Part shown: piece after piece, positions 1 to 13,431 of the stretch
Position numbering within the stretch: position 1 is the stretch's first letter
Layout: each line of letters opens with the position of its first letter
From: Amoebophrya sp. A120
Lineage: Eukaryota > Protista > Dinoflagellata
Direction of reading: 5' to 3'
NCBI GenBank assembly: GCA_905178155.1
Contig: CAJINV010000005.1
Span: 2,975,754 to 3,039,753, forward strand
DNA length: 64,000 nt
Notes under the pieces: generated by a model
Seen by the model: the letters and a program-made list of their open reading frames with translations, nothing else
What the model was told of the DNA's origin: nothing
Databases searched by the model: none
Position numbers and translations under genes: made by a program

Positions 1-2528
1 ACCCGGGCGTTGACTACTACAAATATTTTACAGATTCTCTATGTTTTACAACTCAAGACCACGACAAAAATCCAAATGTGTAGAGTTCAAGCGTTTTGCA
101 AAGGTAATCACGGGGCGAAGGGCTCTGAGGTCTAGCGAAAATGTGCATAAAAAGTGAGATGCTCCATACACACTGAGCATTCAACTATCTCCGAACATGA
201 AATGTACTCAACGCTTTTTATCGTCCTCTTCCGCAAAGCGGAAACGAGACCTCGTCTGTAAAGCTTAAGTAAAACTTTTTGATTTCAGGGTGAAAGGTGA
301 AAGGTGTTAACAAGAGGAAAACTTTCTGCAAATGCTGACTTATTGTCTTAGCGAAAATATTTCGACATCAAAACAATCAAAAATAGAAAAGCAGCTGAAC
401 AACACGTTGAAATGGAATTACGGTCCAATGCCACTTCTTACATTCCTTCATACCTCCCCACGCCCAAATCTTCATTCCTCGCAGGCACGAATGATCCGTT
501 GTGTGATTGAAAAGTGCCCTCGTCCCGAACCGAAATTAATTCCAACATCTGAAACTGATACTGGGCTCAGAGCCTCGTCACAAGTCTGATTCACATACGC
601 CAATGAATCGCTTCTGCTCATTTTCTACTGGTACTACTCATGTGGGCTTCTGCTTTTCTTTTTATAACATATTTATATATTCATGCAATGATCGACCAGA
701 CCAATTCTAGTTTAATAGCCGGGGAAGATGAACAAGGTGGCCGGAGATGGGGACACTATTTGCTATGGTACGTGCGGGGGAAGTTCCAACCCAAGAGCCG
801 CATATGCTGCTATCTATCCAGCTTGTAAACACGTGCTAGCGTTAGAGGTGGTGAATTTTTGGTGAACTTTTCATGAGAATCAATCGACGCTAAGCACTAG
901 CAGGAAAAGGTGATAATAGCTGTGCAAACTACCCACACCAGGATACAAGCGAAGAAAAGCGCGAAAAAAAAAGCGCATGACTCCGCTCCTCCTTTTCGAT
1001 AAACTGTAGGCCAAGATATGAAATCCTCCTTCAGGATCTTCAGCCAAACAAAATTCCCACCGACCTAAATTGAATGCTCATGCAAATCACGGGCTAAATT
1101 TGTTGGCCAAATTTTGAGTCAGGATGTTGATCGAGATGAATGAATATGAGGCCCATTCCCATTGTGAGTCCCGGTCTGTAGTCGTAATGTGACGATCACT
1201 ATGAATGTGGTCTGATGTACGAAGTTTCATGGTGCTTCAAGACAGAGTTTGATTGTCCCTCCACACCGAATTTTTACCCCCGCAGGCTGTTGCGTTAGTC
1301 GCCACAGATTGACTGCAACGAGAAACGCCCTAAGACTAGGCCTAGTTCCGTTCTACATCAAAGATGGCCAGCATTCACTTCGCCCGCGTTTCTCTGCGTT
1401 GTTGATTGTCTTCACCGTATCAAATTCGGTAACATAAACAGAATTGCGCTAGTACCTCTATGCCACGTCCCCGTCTAAAGAGCGAGAAAGGCCCCGAAGC
1501 TGCGGACCCTTTCGTTCATTTTTACACGCGCCCTTCTTGCGGATTCATTTGTCTCCATGAGCGGCGGGCTCTTATGCGTGCATCACTAATCCGCGACCGA
1601 GCGTTTTGCGGGGGCGTCACGCTGAGGCTCCCTCGGAAGCAGTAACGACGGTTGGGGGTGTGATGCCGACGCGGACGCGGCAGCGGCGAAGCGCTAAAAA
1701 TGCACATGCGCGCCTTACGTTCCATTCCCCGGAGGCACGTCAATGTTGCATCTTGTCACTATGTTGCTTGACCTGTGGAGAAGAAACAGTGCACCTGTAG
1801 CTGGCGCAAACTGTCAGTCTTTTCTTCGCTTTGAACCTCCTTTGAGAGTTTCCTCGGAAGCGAAAAAGACGACAACTAAGTTCTGCTATTGCCTCGCGAC
1901 GAAGCGCCGCCCGCTGCAAATACTTCGAAGTACTCACGGTCACCCCCACAGCAAAAGCGCGAGCGTGCACTAGAACGCAAAAAAACTTCATGTGTGCGCA
2001 GAGCCCAAAACAGCGAGCGCTGCTGTTCCTGCATCAGCGTCGTCTTTCATATGCTTTACGTAGGGACGAAACCAGTTACACAGCCGCAAGCAGCTGGTCA
2101 CACAGTGCCGACATCATGCGCACGCGCACGAGTTTCAATATCGCGCACTACCAAATCACTAGTATCAAAAATTGACCACCTCATATTTATACTAACGATT
2201 CTCCAAGACGTAATCCTTCCGCTCCTCCTCCAAGGTATGTTTGTGAAAAATGCCGCAGCCCCACCCTGAAAAGAACGCACACCAAGAGTGTTGCTCTCCG
2301 ACCCCGTCTCGCCAGTGGAGTAATACCAATACCGGCCGCCGGCTGGTGTAGTGAGTTAGAGTTTGAAGCGGCTTTCTTCTCTTCAAGCCAAAAAACGACG
2401 CAACCTGGATTCGCGCCACGCCCCCGCGCCTAATGCTATGCACGACGGAAGGGCGGCCGAAACAAGTCGCGGCCCAAAGTCGCCATCCATTACGGCCCGA
2501 AACACAAAGCCTTCCTCGCGTGCTATGA

Positions 2529-2577
2529 CCCTGCCTGGGCCTCTGCCTGGGCCTCTGCCTGGGCCTCTGCCTGGGCC
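2529..2577. repeat. 12-bp tandem repeat (CCTCTGCCTGGG) x~4 inside a GC-rich island
   Basis: Directly visible; it produces the spurious LPGP/RPRQ repeats in the ORF track. Confidence 0.85.
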
Positions 2578-3808
2578 GGCCCCTTGGGCGTCCCAAATCG
2601 GGCCCCCCCCCGTAGCAAGCGGCGTGGCTTTTAGCTTTCGGCGGGGCCAGCTTTTTTTGGTCTTTTGTTGTTCTGTTGAACGGTCTCGCCTTTTGGCTTG
2701 CCCCCGCATTGAAAGTGGCCGGCCTGCTTCGCGGCTTTTTTGGCCTCCGGCTCTTGACGAAAATGAGGCCCGGACCATGCGGGCGCGCTGTATTTCCCCC
2801 GTCGCAATTTTTTTGTCGTCCTTTTTTGGCCGCCCCGAGTCGGCAGAATCTAACGCGGCGGGCGCCTCAACAGAAGGGCGCCGCATTTGCCGGCTCAGCT
2901 GTCTCGTTTTTCCAAACGGTGAGCCGTACTTTCCGCGGTCGATTCGGTCGGTGCCAGGTAACCCAGACCCACGTAAGAACTACGACTTTTCTACGTGTAA
3001 AAACCCTTCCGGCCATTTTGCTGGCTGTCGGCCAACAAAACCGCTAGATTTATTAGAACGCTCGTGACCTCACGAAATGTACATACGAAATCTGGGCATT
3101 TTATCTTTCGGCCATAGAGAAGAAAACCGTCTGCCGCGCCAGTGCAAGGCTTGGCCTTTTTTTTGCAAGGTCACTCAAGGTAGTGACTCGGGCAACAGAG
3201 GCAAGCAAATATTCAGTCTTCTTGTCCGAAGGCGGGAGCTGGGACATTTTTCGCTACGATATCTCTCCCGTGCCGCTGCTTCTGGGTTGAAAGTATCAGC
3301 TAGGTGTGAAATTATTACATCGCCTACGCGGCTTCCCCGGGTCGCCAATGAATAGCCTTGAACTTCGCCGTAACTCCCTTACTAAAGTGTGGGATCAAGG
3401 TCCGAGAACACCCTTGAGGGCAGCTACATTTTTCGTCGTGCGCGTCACTGTTACGACACCTAACATCTACGTATTGGCACGAGAGGCAGGACGCCTCTGC
3501 TAGCGCGGTCCCGTCCGCGAGCCCCCTGGAGAGGTCCGCTGGGTGACCGAGAGTCTGCGGCGCTACGCGCACTTGTCCAGGCCGAAAAGATCGCCTCGTC
3601 GAGTCAGGGGGCTAGCGCGCCGCCTCGCAGGCAGTCACACGCGTCCCTACCGTGTGAGCGGCTGGGCAGCTGCGCCTGCGTAGCTCATGTGGCAGCGGGC
3701 AGAAGAGAAAAAAACCTCGGAAGGCATCCTCTTCGCTGGATGAGCGAGGCCGGACACCTGAGCCCGCCGGAGCGGGCCGCTTCTGAACTGCGGGATTCGA
3801 AGCCCCTT

Positions 3809-5788
3809 CTATGATTCTTCCTGTACGACCTTCCAGAGAACGGGCAGATCTCGCATGGTTTGAGTTTTTTGAATTTGTGCACGCACGAAATGTGGACGAG
3901 GAACACCGGGAACACGAATAGCTAAATTCATGTTTGTGTTTGATCTCGACTGAAGATGAGTTACGGTTAGTTCGTCGTCTCTTTCGTATCGACGGCACAC
4001 GCCCGCAGTATTCGGGCCTCCGCCCGTGGGACCACTAGTCGCGATTTGCCCAGGGGATGGAGACATTTGTAAAAACGCCACTGTCTTCGCTTCCCCAGCA
4101 CCCCCGCAGTACCGCACCACCTCCGGGTACTGCAGTTTCCCGTCTTCCGACGTGTCCACATCCTTCATCGGAACATTCCTTGTCTATCGCGAGGAAAGAG
4201 TGTCCGCACCTGTTCTGACCCTTGCGGTTTTTACTTTGCTGCCGCTGCAGCCATCAAAAACCACATCATGCTCCGTTTCGCACGTAACTCAGTAACGCAA
4301 CTGATAGCACGATACCGGAGCGCGAGATCTGCGATGCAAATTCAATTCAGGAAAATGCAAAAGTAGATAACACTGCCAAGGTAAATAGAGGTGATGGACC
4401 CTTCATCTCTTTGATACCGTCTCGTCCTCTCCGGCCAACACGCCGTCGGCGTTCAAGTCCAGCTCGACAAACCGCCCCTCGACGCCGCTTTCACTGGCTT
4501 GCTGCAAGGACCGCAGGGTCATGCCGTCCGCCAAGCCCTGCGCGTACATGATCACCAGATTGCTCGGAAGGTTGTACTTCATGCTGATATGCATTGCACA
4601 ACTACCGCACTTACAAAAGAAAAAAATGTGTCCGAGTAAACAGTATGGTGCAAAATTGGGCCGCATAAAGGTGGTTTTTTCCATGCAAAGTTACCATCTA
4701 TTCTAGTGCGATACTTCTGCACGGGATAGCTGATTTTCGCCAACAACTGCGTCCGCTCCTCGGGATTCGTGCTGTTGTGGAACCCCAACAGATCGGCTTC
4801 AAACTCCGCTTCCGAGTACTTGCGCTGGATCGGCATCGAGGAAGTGACGTTTCCCTGCAAGAGTTCCCCCGGTGGCGAAGCGCTCGGTGCGTCGATGGTT
4901 CCATCTCGGGGATCAGCAGTAGCTTCGTCCCCACTTGTTGCCACCGCGTCGGATGCGGGTGCTGCGTTTGCGCTGGTAGTTGTCGACGTTTTCATCGTGT
5001 TTTTCTGCAAAGCGGAAACGAGGTTTTCGTCCGTGCGTTTGCTGGTGGTAGCATCTGGAATATGGTGGGTTTCTTTCTGTTTCTTGCGATTGGTAATGCA
5101 AGTGGGTGAAACCTCGAAGTTTCTGATTTTAATGCGGGGGCGGATTTTTGTTGAAAAGAAACGGAGTGCTGTTTTGCTTGATGCACGAACGAAACGGATT
5201 TCACATCAAAATACCATCGTCAGCCGTTCCCACTACTTCCTGCATCTCCTGCGGTCCACCTTCCGGACTGAATTCCCCTTCCTCGTCAGTCACCACAGCT
5301 CCCTTTTCCCCATCGAGATTTTCCGTCAGCACATCACGATTTTCTCCGTGTTGTAAAGCGGATGACGTGGGGTTTTTGTGGCTGGTGGCCAACAGCGAAA
5401 TGATATCTTGCAATTTGGGTTTGACGCAATGAATTTTTTGACGCAATGTTAGGATTTCACTCCGGGGACAGATGAGCTAGTGCTGCCACGGAAAAATGCA
5501 GATCGTGCACTACACTGAAGATACTCACACCTCCGCAGTACTGGAACAATCATAATTTTCTATACCCGCATCTCCAACCGTTTTGTCCGTCTGCCCGGCC
5601 ACGCTTGCCCCCGTTTCCGCGGCACTGGCATCGGCTCCCTCCGCGCTTCCTTGCTGGACCGGACCCCGGAGATGAACCTGCTTCGCGGACACGGAGGTCA
5701 GGCCCGAGAAAAGAACAGCCGCACACACGGAAACCGCCCCTGAACCGCGCCTGCAAAAATGCAACGCACTCCTGTTGCACCAAACCAT
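3809..5788 (-). CDS. Multi-exon putative secreted protein with two EF-hand-like loops (3' end uncertain)
   Basis: ATG at 5788 and hydrophobic N-terminus (AVSVCAAVLFSGLTSVSA). Successive minus-strand ORF pieces separated by apparent GT-AG introns. Loops DLNADGVL and DTSEDGKLQYPE. Confidence 0.55.
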
Positions 5789-6877
5789 TGTGGTGAGCCT
5801 TTGTTGGGTCTTTTTTCTTCCCCTCACGGAGTACCGCAGGAAAAAAAAGCTGTGTGCACTTTTCAAACTGTGTCAGAAAATCGCCAAATCACTTTGAGGA
5901 CCCCTTTCTTAGGGCAAGCACTAAAACGAAATGTCCCAAAACCCCTAGCAGTCCTCCCCTATGCTAGCAAGATGATGATGATGATGATGAATGCTCACGC
6001 TTCACGTCACTTACGCGCATCACGAATAGACGTGTAGTTCGCGCATTTTTAATTTTGTCACGACGAAGTTCATTTATCTACCCCAACGACTTTTTCACGA
6101 AAACCGAATTCCGGGAAGAGCACGACTTGGATTTTTCTTTTTCTTACTACGACGAATAAACCACTCTGATGCTTTCTACGTAGTAGACTTTCCACGAAGG
6201 CGGTCAAAAATAATCGGCCACGACTTTCATCTCCAGAAAAAACCGACAAATGACGACGAAGACGATATTCGCAACTTCTAGAAACTCACACGATACTCCG
6301 ATGCAAAGACTAAGACACGTACCAACTGCATGCAGAAGAAGATCTACCAGAACCTACACAATAGCGTCTCGAACTGTACTTACCATAATAGAGAACAAAA
6401 CTGAGCGCTTCCCGATGTCGAGAACGGGAATGCGCCAAGCAGAGTGCGGAGCACCCGGGCGTTGAGCACACACAACTTCTTCTGGCAATACTCTTTTGTT
6501 TTACTGCTTCTCTACTACAACTGAAGACCACGGGTCTTCGTGCGTTGAATCTTTCTCAGAAGCAACAACTCTGGCACAGGATGAATTTTTGGTCGTCAAG
6601 GTCATCAAGAAAAGTGTCGTCGGGAAGCACAACTACTAGCGTTTGTTGTTCCAAAAGTTTGAAGTAGCAACGCAGTAGGCGCTTCTGAAAATAAAGGCTC
6701 TGACGTGGCTCCTGTACATGTCGCTACAACAACAAATCTGTAGGCCCTTATAACAAGTGTCGCTGGGTGAGGCTGCAGGTCGGGTCGCTGGGTAAGTAGT
6801 TCATCTTCGTCGGTTTCTATCTTGCAGTAGGGACGAACAAGATGTTGAAGCACCTCCAACCAAAACTCTGTCACATC

Positions 6878-8446
6878 TCACCTGCGGGAGATCAGATCTC
6901 GGACCGCGTTGACACCCTCAATGGCTTGGTGCTGCTTGTTTTGATTCGCACTGCCGCCGGACCGCTCTTCCCTGTTGCTGCTGTCCTTCGAGCTGTTCAT
7001 TCGACTGTACTCGGACCCCAGCGCCTTCGCCGACACCGCGTTCAAGGGCCGGCGGATGCGGAAGCTGAGCGGCAGTACCCCGGACTTCTTCACTTCGCCC
7101 ATGATTTTCACCAGCTCCTTAATGTCCGCCGCGTCTGTTCCGTTAACGTCCACGATCTGGTCGCCGATGCGCCACCCGAAAAACGCTGCGTCCGGGTGTT
7201 CGAACTCCACTACGCGCTTGTCGTTCGACAGCTTCAGGCCCAGGGACTGCTTCGGGCCTGGGATAAAGAGTTCATTGCAATAATACAGTTCTTCATTCGG
7301 GCTTATTTCTCGCCGCGACGAGGATTATAGATACTGCATTTACCAATTTCACTTTCGCCATCATCTTATTTCATTTGCATCACGACAAGAACCACACTAT
7401 ACCTAGGAAGTTGTGCACCACCACGCAGCCGTCCTCCTCCTCCCCGATCGCCTCTGCAGGTGATCCCGCGCCGCTGGTTTTCTCCTCCCGTCTACTCCGC
7501 TCGCGGTCGCGGTTTCGCGACTTCGACCGGGACCGGGATCGGGAGCGTCTTCGCGAGTCCCGTCGTGACCTGGACCGCCGGTGGCTGCGTCGTCGCGCGC
7601 GCCGTGACCGCGAGTGGTCTCGGTCCCTCTCTCGGTCACGCCCGCCCCGCCGGCCGTTGTCGCGGAGCGAGGCCATGAGCGCGCGGCTGTCCGTGAACCT
7701 GCCGGCGCCGTAACTGGATTTGGCACTGAAGATGAGGGGGTGTGATATATCTTAGTTTTGGGAAAAAAGCGAAAACCTGGTGGTGTTCATCTGGAAGTCA
7801 GTGTAGAAACGCATCTTTTTCTCTCGCATGAAGTTTGGTGTACCAGTCGACTTACTTATTTTGATTGAAATTCTATGCAATCGACCAGAACCATCCCGCT
7901 TCAACGAGTTATAATCGTATAAACATAGCTGCAAAAAAAAATTTATACTCGTCCGTTCCCACGCGAACGTTCCCGTCCCCCTTCGAATCCGTTTTCGGTG
8001 GCATGCCCATGCGGTACCGCCCCTGCAGCTGGACGCCGTGCATCATAACCAGGCCCTGGGTCATGGCCTTCATGGCCAGCTCCGCGCTCTCGGAGGACTT
8101 GAATTTCACGTAAGCCACGTCTTTGTCGCGGTCCATGTAAGGTGGTATCCAGCACACATCAACCTCCCCGTACTGCGACATAAGGGTTTTCAGGCCCACG
8201 CGGTTGGAAAATCTGATTTAGAGTTTTTTTGCTTGATGTTCTGCTACTAGCAACATAAAACAAAGTTGATCCCTGCGTTCACGATATGACTGTCGGCCTG
8301 CAAGATCAATACCTCAAATCATCATCCGAAGATCACGTCATCTGCGCTAATCCTTCTTTCGACTTTTATGAAACTGAAAAAAAACGAAAGCCATTATACT
8401 CCGCTATGCCCTGCGTTATCTCCAAGACTAGTGGATTCAGAGCCAT
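6878..8446 (-). CDS. RRM + RS-rich + PDZ-like protein (SR-like splicing factor candidate); may extend by a further 3' exon
   Basis: MALNPLVLEITQGIAE|FSNRVGLKTLMSQYGEV...VAYVKFKS (RRM), an RSRSRSRSKSR tract, then SLGLKLSNDKRVVEF...GWRIGDQIVDVNG (PDZ pattern). GT-AG introns. Confidence 0.75.
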
Positions 8447-9839
8447 TTTGTCGCTGTTCTTGTCTGCTATGCGGGTTTGATGGACCGCGTCGTTTATCGT
8501 CGCTTGATTCGTTGAAACTAATCGACTACTCGTCGTGGTTCAGATTTCGCGATTGCTGGTTGTATTCCGGGCTTGCTTGTCGCAAGGGGGTTGCGAAGAT
8601 AATGCTATCCCAGCGGTCCTCGCCCCGATAATGGTGGCTTTAGCGAGGTTCGGCTGTTTTGTTCTCGTTTGGTCTGTTCCCGAGTTTGTTGGAAATTATA
8701 GCCTGCTACCTCAGTCGTGGGGTACTACTAGATCTGACTAGTAGAACAGTGAAAAGCTAAAGCGCTCCTTCGCGTCTCTGCTTTTGCAGTGCCCCGGGGA
8801 AGATTGCGACCTGGTGCGAAAAGAGGCTATGGACGTTTCCATTTTCACTTCGAAGTAGGCGTTGGAACGGATCCAATTGCGGTGTACATATACTACACGT
8901 AACAACGTGGATAGAAAATATATGTAAGTTTTTTCACGACTTAAGAATTCCGTGTGGAGACTACCAGCCAAGTCTGTTTTTTTTCTACCTAAACACGAAT
9001 TCACAGCAAAACAGAAGCGGGCAGCAGTTACGGTTCGTGTGAAACAGGAAGCTCCTGCGTGGTCTCTTTAAGTATTCATTGTGATTCAGAAAAAAAAAAC
9101 ACAAAGGATCAACGCATTCCTCTTCAGTTTTCAGATCAAAAGTCACAGAAAAATGTCGTCGCCGCTTTGGTGCGGATGACTGCGCATTTCAAAATCTTCG
9201 GAACGGAGATGGATTTCACCTCATTTATGGTTAACAGCTCCAAACCGGTTCGAGGTCACGGCGCCCATTTTGCGTCAGAACGGTGGAACAGTACTCCTCG
9301 AAAAGGATATTTCTACCGCCGCCGCAGGAATTTTTTCTGTCTCCAACTTTCCTCTGACTTTACTTCGCCAAAAAGAAGATCGTGGTCTTAAATTCACATT
9401 TTTACTGTCACAAAAGTTTAGCATACTCAAACATGCTCCTGTTGCGAAAGGACTCTTTCTTCAGGGGAACTCTTATCTAAAGAACCTCGAGGCATTTGTC
9501 TGGTGTTATCTATCATTGTTTAAAACAAAAAAGAACAAAATCCCGGTTGCGCACAGGATTCTGCCCTATTGAAGCTTTATCAGTTCATTGATTTATAACT
9601 GCTTATCGATAAACTGCAAGAACTTTAGTGTATTTTTAGTTGATCCATTGATCTCAAAAAGCAGCCGCAGAAATGAAGAAGAAGAAGAACAGGATACTTG
9701 TACAATGTACAACTACTGAATTGGTGAATTAATTTGAAAAAATCTGGACTGCTGCAGAAACCAGGCCGTTTAACTACCACGCTGTCCCACGCACTTAACA
9801 TCTTCGACACAGGGCACCTCTTCCCACTTCCCGTCGTGG

Positions 9840-12358
9840 TCACAGCTCCACCTTCGGCGGAGGTTTTTTCACCCCGCTACTGCTGCTGCCTGGCAGTTGC
9901 TTTTTCGCCTTCTCCGCGAAATACAGCCACGCCCCGATCGGCCACTCGACTTCGGAGCCGTTGATTTCTTCCGTGAAAGTGATGTTGCTGCATTCGTCGC
10001 AACCGTTGGTGTACATGTGAAGCAGCGTGTAGATGTAGTGCAGTTCGAAGCACCGGTGCGGGAGTTTGGACTTGCTCGTGTACTCGTGTCCCTCCTTGAC
10101 CTTGCTCTGCCACTCCAGCAAGCACAGCTTCTCCGCTATCACACAGAAGAAAACTGGCATAATGCAAAAATAGATACGCAAAAAAATCTGCGTTGCATAT
10201 CTGAAACAGCATGCTGTGGGGCCAAGCATGGCAGATTTTTCTGTGTATTTATTTTTGCATTACAAATATGCCCTGCCAGCTTTTTTCTGTGGCATATCCG
10301 CCGCTTGCTTTACCGATTTGAGCTTCGGTGCGGGAAACTCCTTGAGATAATCGAGTTCCGGGTAGTGCTGCTGCAAAAGCCACCGCGCAAAATGCGTCAC
10401 GTACATGTAGCCGCTGGGTTATGGCGAGAAAAAAAGTTTTCACTAGTATCATCATGATGATCCGGCACTTTTAAAATCTTACTTTTTCCATCATATCCGA
10501 AAATAAGGCACTCGTCCGTGGTGTAGCCGATTGTCTGTACACTAATTACTTTACACGCACGATGTAGTCGCACTTTCATGGCGCCGCGCATGACAAGCAT
10601 ATTCGTAAGTAATTAAGTTGCGGACTATGCAGGAGGATACGAGAAAACTATCCCGAAGCATACGACCGCGATAAATTTCAAGTTCTTGTTCTTCAGTTTT
10701 TTCCAGTCTTTCTGCATGTGGTGCGGTGACCCCTTATCGTGTTCCATCGCCGCGCGCACGAGATCTGTTTTTTTGCGAAAATGTACCGTTATTCATTCGC
10801 CCCTCATCTCGCTGTATAATCAAAGCAATTCCGGCGGCAACAACAGCAGAGGACCTGTAAGAGTAGTTGCATACTGATTTCTGAAAAAGCAACACTTCAA
10901 CGCAAAGTTCACGCACCTGCGCAGGGCTTCCCGCCACTCGAACTACTACCCGCGCTGCTGCTTTCGAAGCCGGAGAAGTAGCAGCTTTTCCTTTCTGCTG
11001 CCGTGAAGAGTTTGTTGACTCGTTCGCGAGTGAGTTCCATCCCGGATTCCGGGAAAGAGCGGATAAAGCTGTTTTGCCTCGTGATCCGGTTGCAGTCGTT
11101 CGGAATGGCAATCTGGGTGCTAGAACCGCCCAGGTCCAGGATTCCGTGCCGTTCGCAGGGCTGCCCAACGTTTTGCATCTGCTTCACCAGGTAGTTCACG
11201 CCCATCAGGGCGAAAAACCCCTCCTGTTCGCCCTCGATGGTTTCCGTGTTCAAGATATCAAATGTAAAAATGTCTGGGTCTGGAAGAATTCATGTTTGTC
11301 ATGCTTGTCTGGCATGACTCTTAAATCTGTCATGCACGTTACCCAAGAGCTCCGTTTTTCTGTGATGCAGAAGCGCAGTTTGTCATGCAGACTAGGCAAC
11401 ACCTAGGAGCTCAGAAACTTGTCATGCTGAGCCAGGATTTGTAGCCTCATCATGAGACGCCACCCAGCATCACAAGTTTCCAGACCCAGACACTTTTACA
11501 TTTGATACAACAGCTGGAACTGCAACTTGTCTGTTGAAATAAGATCATCAGTCCACGGATTACAAAGTCAAGGCACCACTTATCTTTTAAATTTTTTCTT
11601 CGCGAAGGTGACATCATGATCATACATCATCTTCGGTCTTTGCATATTTATCGGACAACATTAAGTCCGATCGGAAATGGAGGGCACCAAACGTCGCAAG
11701 TATAAAAAAATTATCAAAATTTAGAACCCGCTACATCCCCCCGGAAGTAGTCGTTCAGCCCGCTGCTTACGCTCTTCCACACCCCTTCTCGCTTGCTGGA
11801 GGGCAACAGCCGCATGCCCGCGGTCCCGAATATCTTCACCCCGATCGCCCTACCGTAGTACTTCGGCCCCTCCTCCTTCATGAACTTCGCGAACAGCCAC
11901 TGCAACGGCTGCAGCGCCCCCTCTGGTTTCTCGGCGAAGGAGCTGAGTCCCGGCTTCTTCTTGCCGACAATTTTGGAGTGGAGTAGAACGCCATCGGTGT
12001 TGCTGTGAAACACGTACCTGGACAGAATAGTACGGATTTTTATGTAGTACAGGTGTTGAAGATTTTCTTTTGCCGCGTTTATTTCCTAAGGACGTCTCTG
12101 GCAATGCGGCACTTGACCGCCATGGCATTCTTGCGAGACGCGGTAGCATTGAAAAGATCATAGAACGATGAAAACTATCTTCCGAGACAGCTGCTTTGAA
12201 ATTTCCACTGCGAAGAGCGATGGTATGTCAAGAAAGTACATTCGCGATCCCGTGCTCCCCGCGTCTATGATGATTTCCACTTTTTCCGCTTGTGCCAGCA
12301 CCGCGCGCGCCGCCGAGAAAGCAGCCACCGCGATCCGCGTCGGGAAAAGCCGCAACAT
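9840..12358 (-). CDS. GDA1/CD39-family NTPDase (apyrase), multi-exon, with signal peptide and C-terminal KVEL
   Basis: All five apyrase conserved regions are present: IDAGSTGSR, TAGMRLL, IEGEQEG, DLGGSSTQI, VEWPIGA. Two introns are TIR elements. Confidence 0.92.
10137..10296. mobile_element. TIR introner, family D
   Basis: TATCACACAGAAGAAAACTGGCA...TGCCAGCTTTTTTCTGTGGCATA; DR TCCGC/TCCGC. Removal gives KQAAEKLCLLEW. Confidence 0.88.
11256..11507. mobile_element. TIR introner, family A
   Basis: TATCAAATGTAAAAATGTCTGGGTCTGGAA...TTCCAGACCCAGACACTTTTACATTTGATA; DR CAAGA/CAACA. Removal gives FQLLNTETIEGEQEG. Confidence 0.92.
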
Positions 12359-13405
12359 GATGGCGACTACTGGTCAGCACGACTACACCGTTTATTTTTC
12401 CAATTCCCAATCTCTTCCCGGCCCGAATGTGCCCAAGACGTACCGGGCGCTTGCTGGAAATCAAGCTGTCCTCCCGTCGACCGATCGTCTTCTAGGCGGA
12501 CTACTGCCGGCTCATCCGTGCCGCAGCTCGACGACCGGGTGAGTGTCGGGAAAAGATCAAGGCAAGAAGGTCCTTTTTCTTTACTTTCAAGGGCTCTCGA
12601 CCCACATATAATGCCCACGTGGGACGACACGGAAAGAAAAACCGACTACGCGGCGGCCCATTTTCTCTCCTTCGCGGCTTCAGCTTCGAAAAATGAAGAT
12701 CACGCAAAGTTGGGAGTGAAGACAAAATCGCAATAGCAAAATAAAGTTGTACTGGCTACTGTACTTTAAACCACATGCTGACTCGATGAACTAGCGGCGC
12801 ACTGAATGTTGACGGATTCTTATCGAAAAGCTTCACGGACTTTTGATCAACGAAATATCTCCATTGGCAGTGAGCCCGGAAAGGAAAACGAGAAAAGGAT
12901 CCTTCTGCAGATCTAGGATGGCAAGGAAGCAAAAGGGTGCGAACAGTGCTGATTTTTACGAGCGCGCGATCGCGGTGGATCCTTCCCTTGGCCACTAGTA
13001 CGGCGCACGGTTGCACTGCGGGAGAAGAAAGGGCGACACGCGTTGGCTTTTTCTCAGCGGCCTATCTACTCGCACGCGGATGAGCGTCGGCCTGCCTTGC
13101 CGCTGCGAGACGCGCTCACGGGCGCCAATCACGCTGGGCCGCGCGCGATTTTCCTGCACCCGGACGCGACAGCGGTGCCCGATCTTGTTGGTTTTCGATT
13201 CGTCGCATTTTGCGGCCTGTTTCGATCGTCGCGAGCCCGCTCCCTCTTTCGGGTTGGCAATGGCGACAAAGCTCGGGGGCCCGGCGCAAGCATATGGCAG
13301 GGTCCTGCCAGCCCGCGATCGCGACGCATATGCGGAGTCTTCGCATCGTATTCCTTAGGGTAATGCACCGCTTCCCGTCGATGCGAGGAGTGTAGAACGA
13401 CCTGA

Positions 13406-13431
13406 GGGGGGGGGGGGGGGGGGGGGGGGGG
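13406..13431 (+). repeat. G26 homopolymer
   Basis: Directly visible in the strand-switch region. Confidence 0.9.

Noticed and set aside
2231-2270. TATGTTTGTGAAAAATGCCGCAGCCCC, similar to a family E left end
   Set aside because: I found no matching right TIR or second CAAGG repeat, and no host gene is evident.
3010-3027. GCCATTTTG resembling the dinoflagellate spliced leader (also at 8442-8450)
   Set aside because: The match is only ~9 nt. The second instance is the reverse complement of a start-codon context (CAAAATGGC).
2363-3067. Long ORFs in GC-rich islands (also 14709-15227 and 42594-43528)
   Set aside because: They are open in several frames on both strands, biased to Arg/Ala/Gly/Pro and lack motifs, as expected from GC content alone.
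5971-5990. (GAT)n microsatellite giving poly-Met in ORF 5759-6037
   Set aside because: It is a short simple repeat in intergenic DNA with no coding support.
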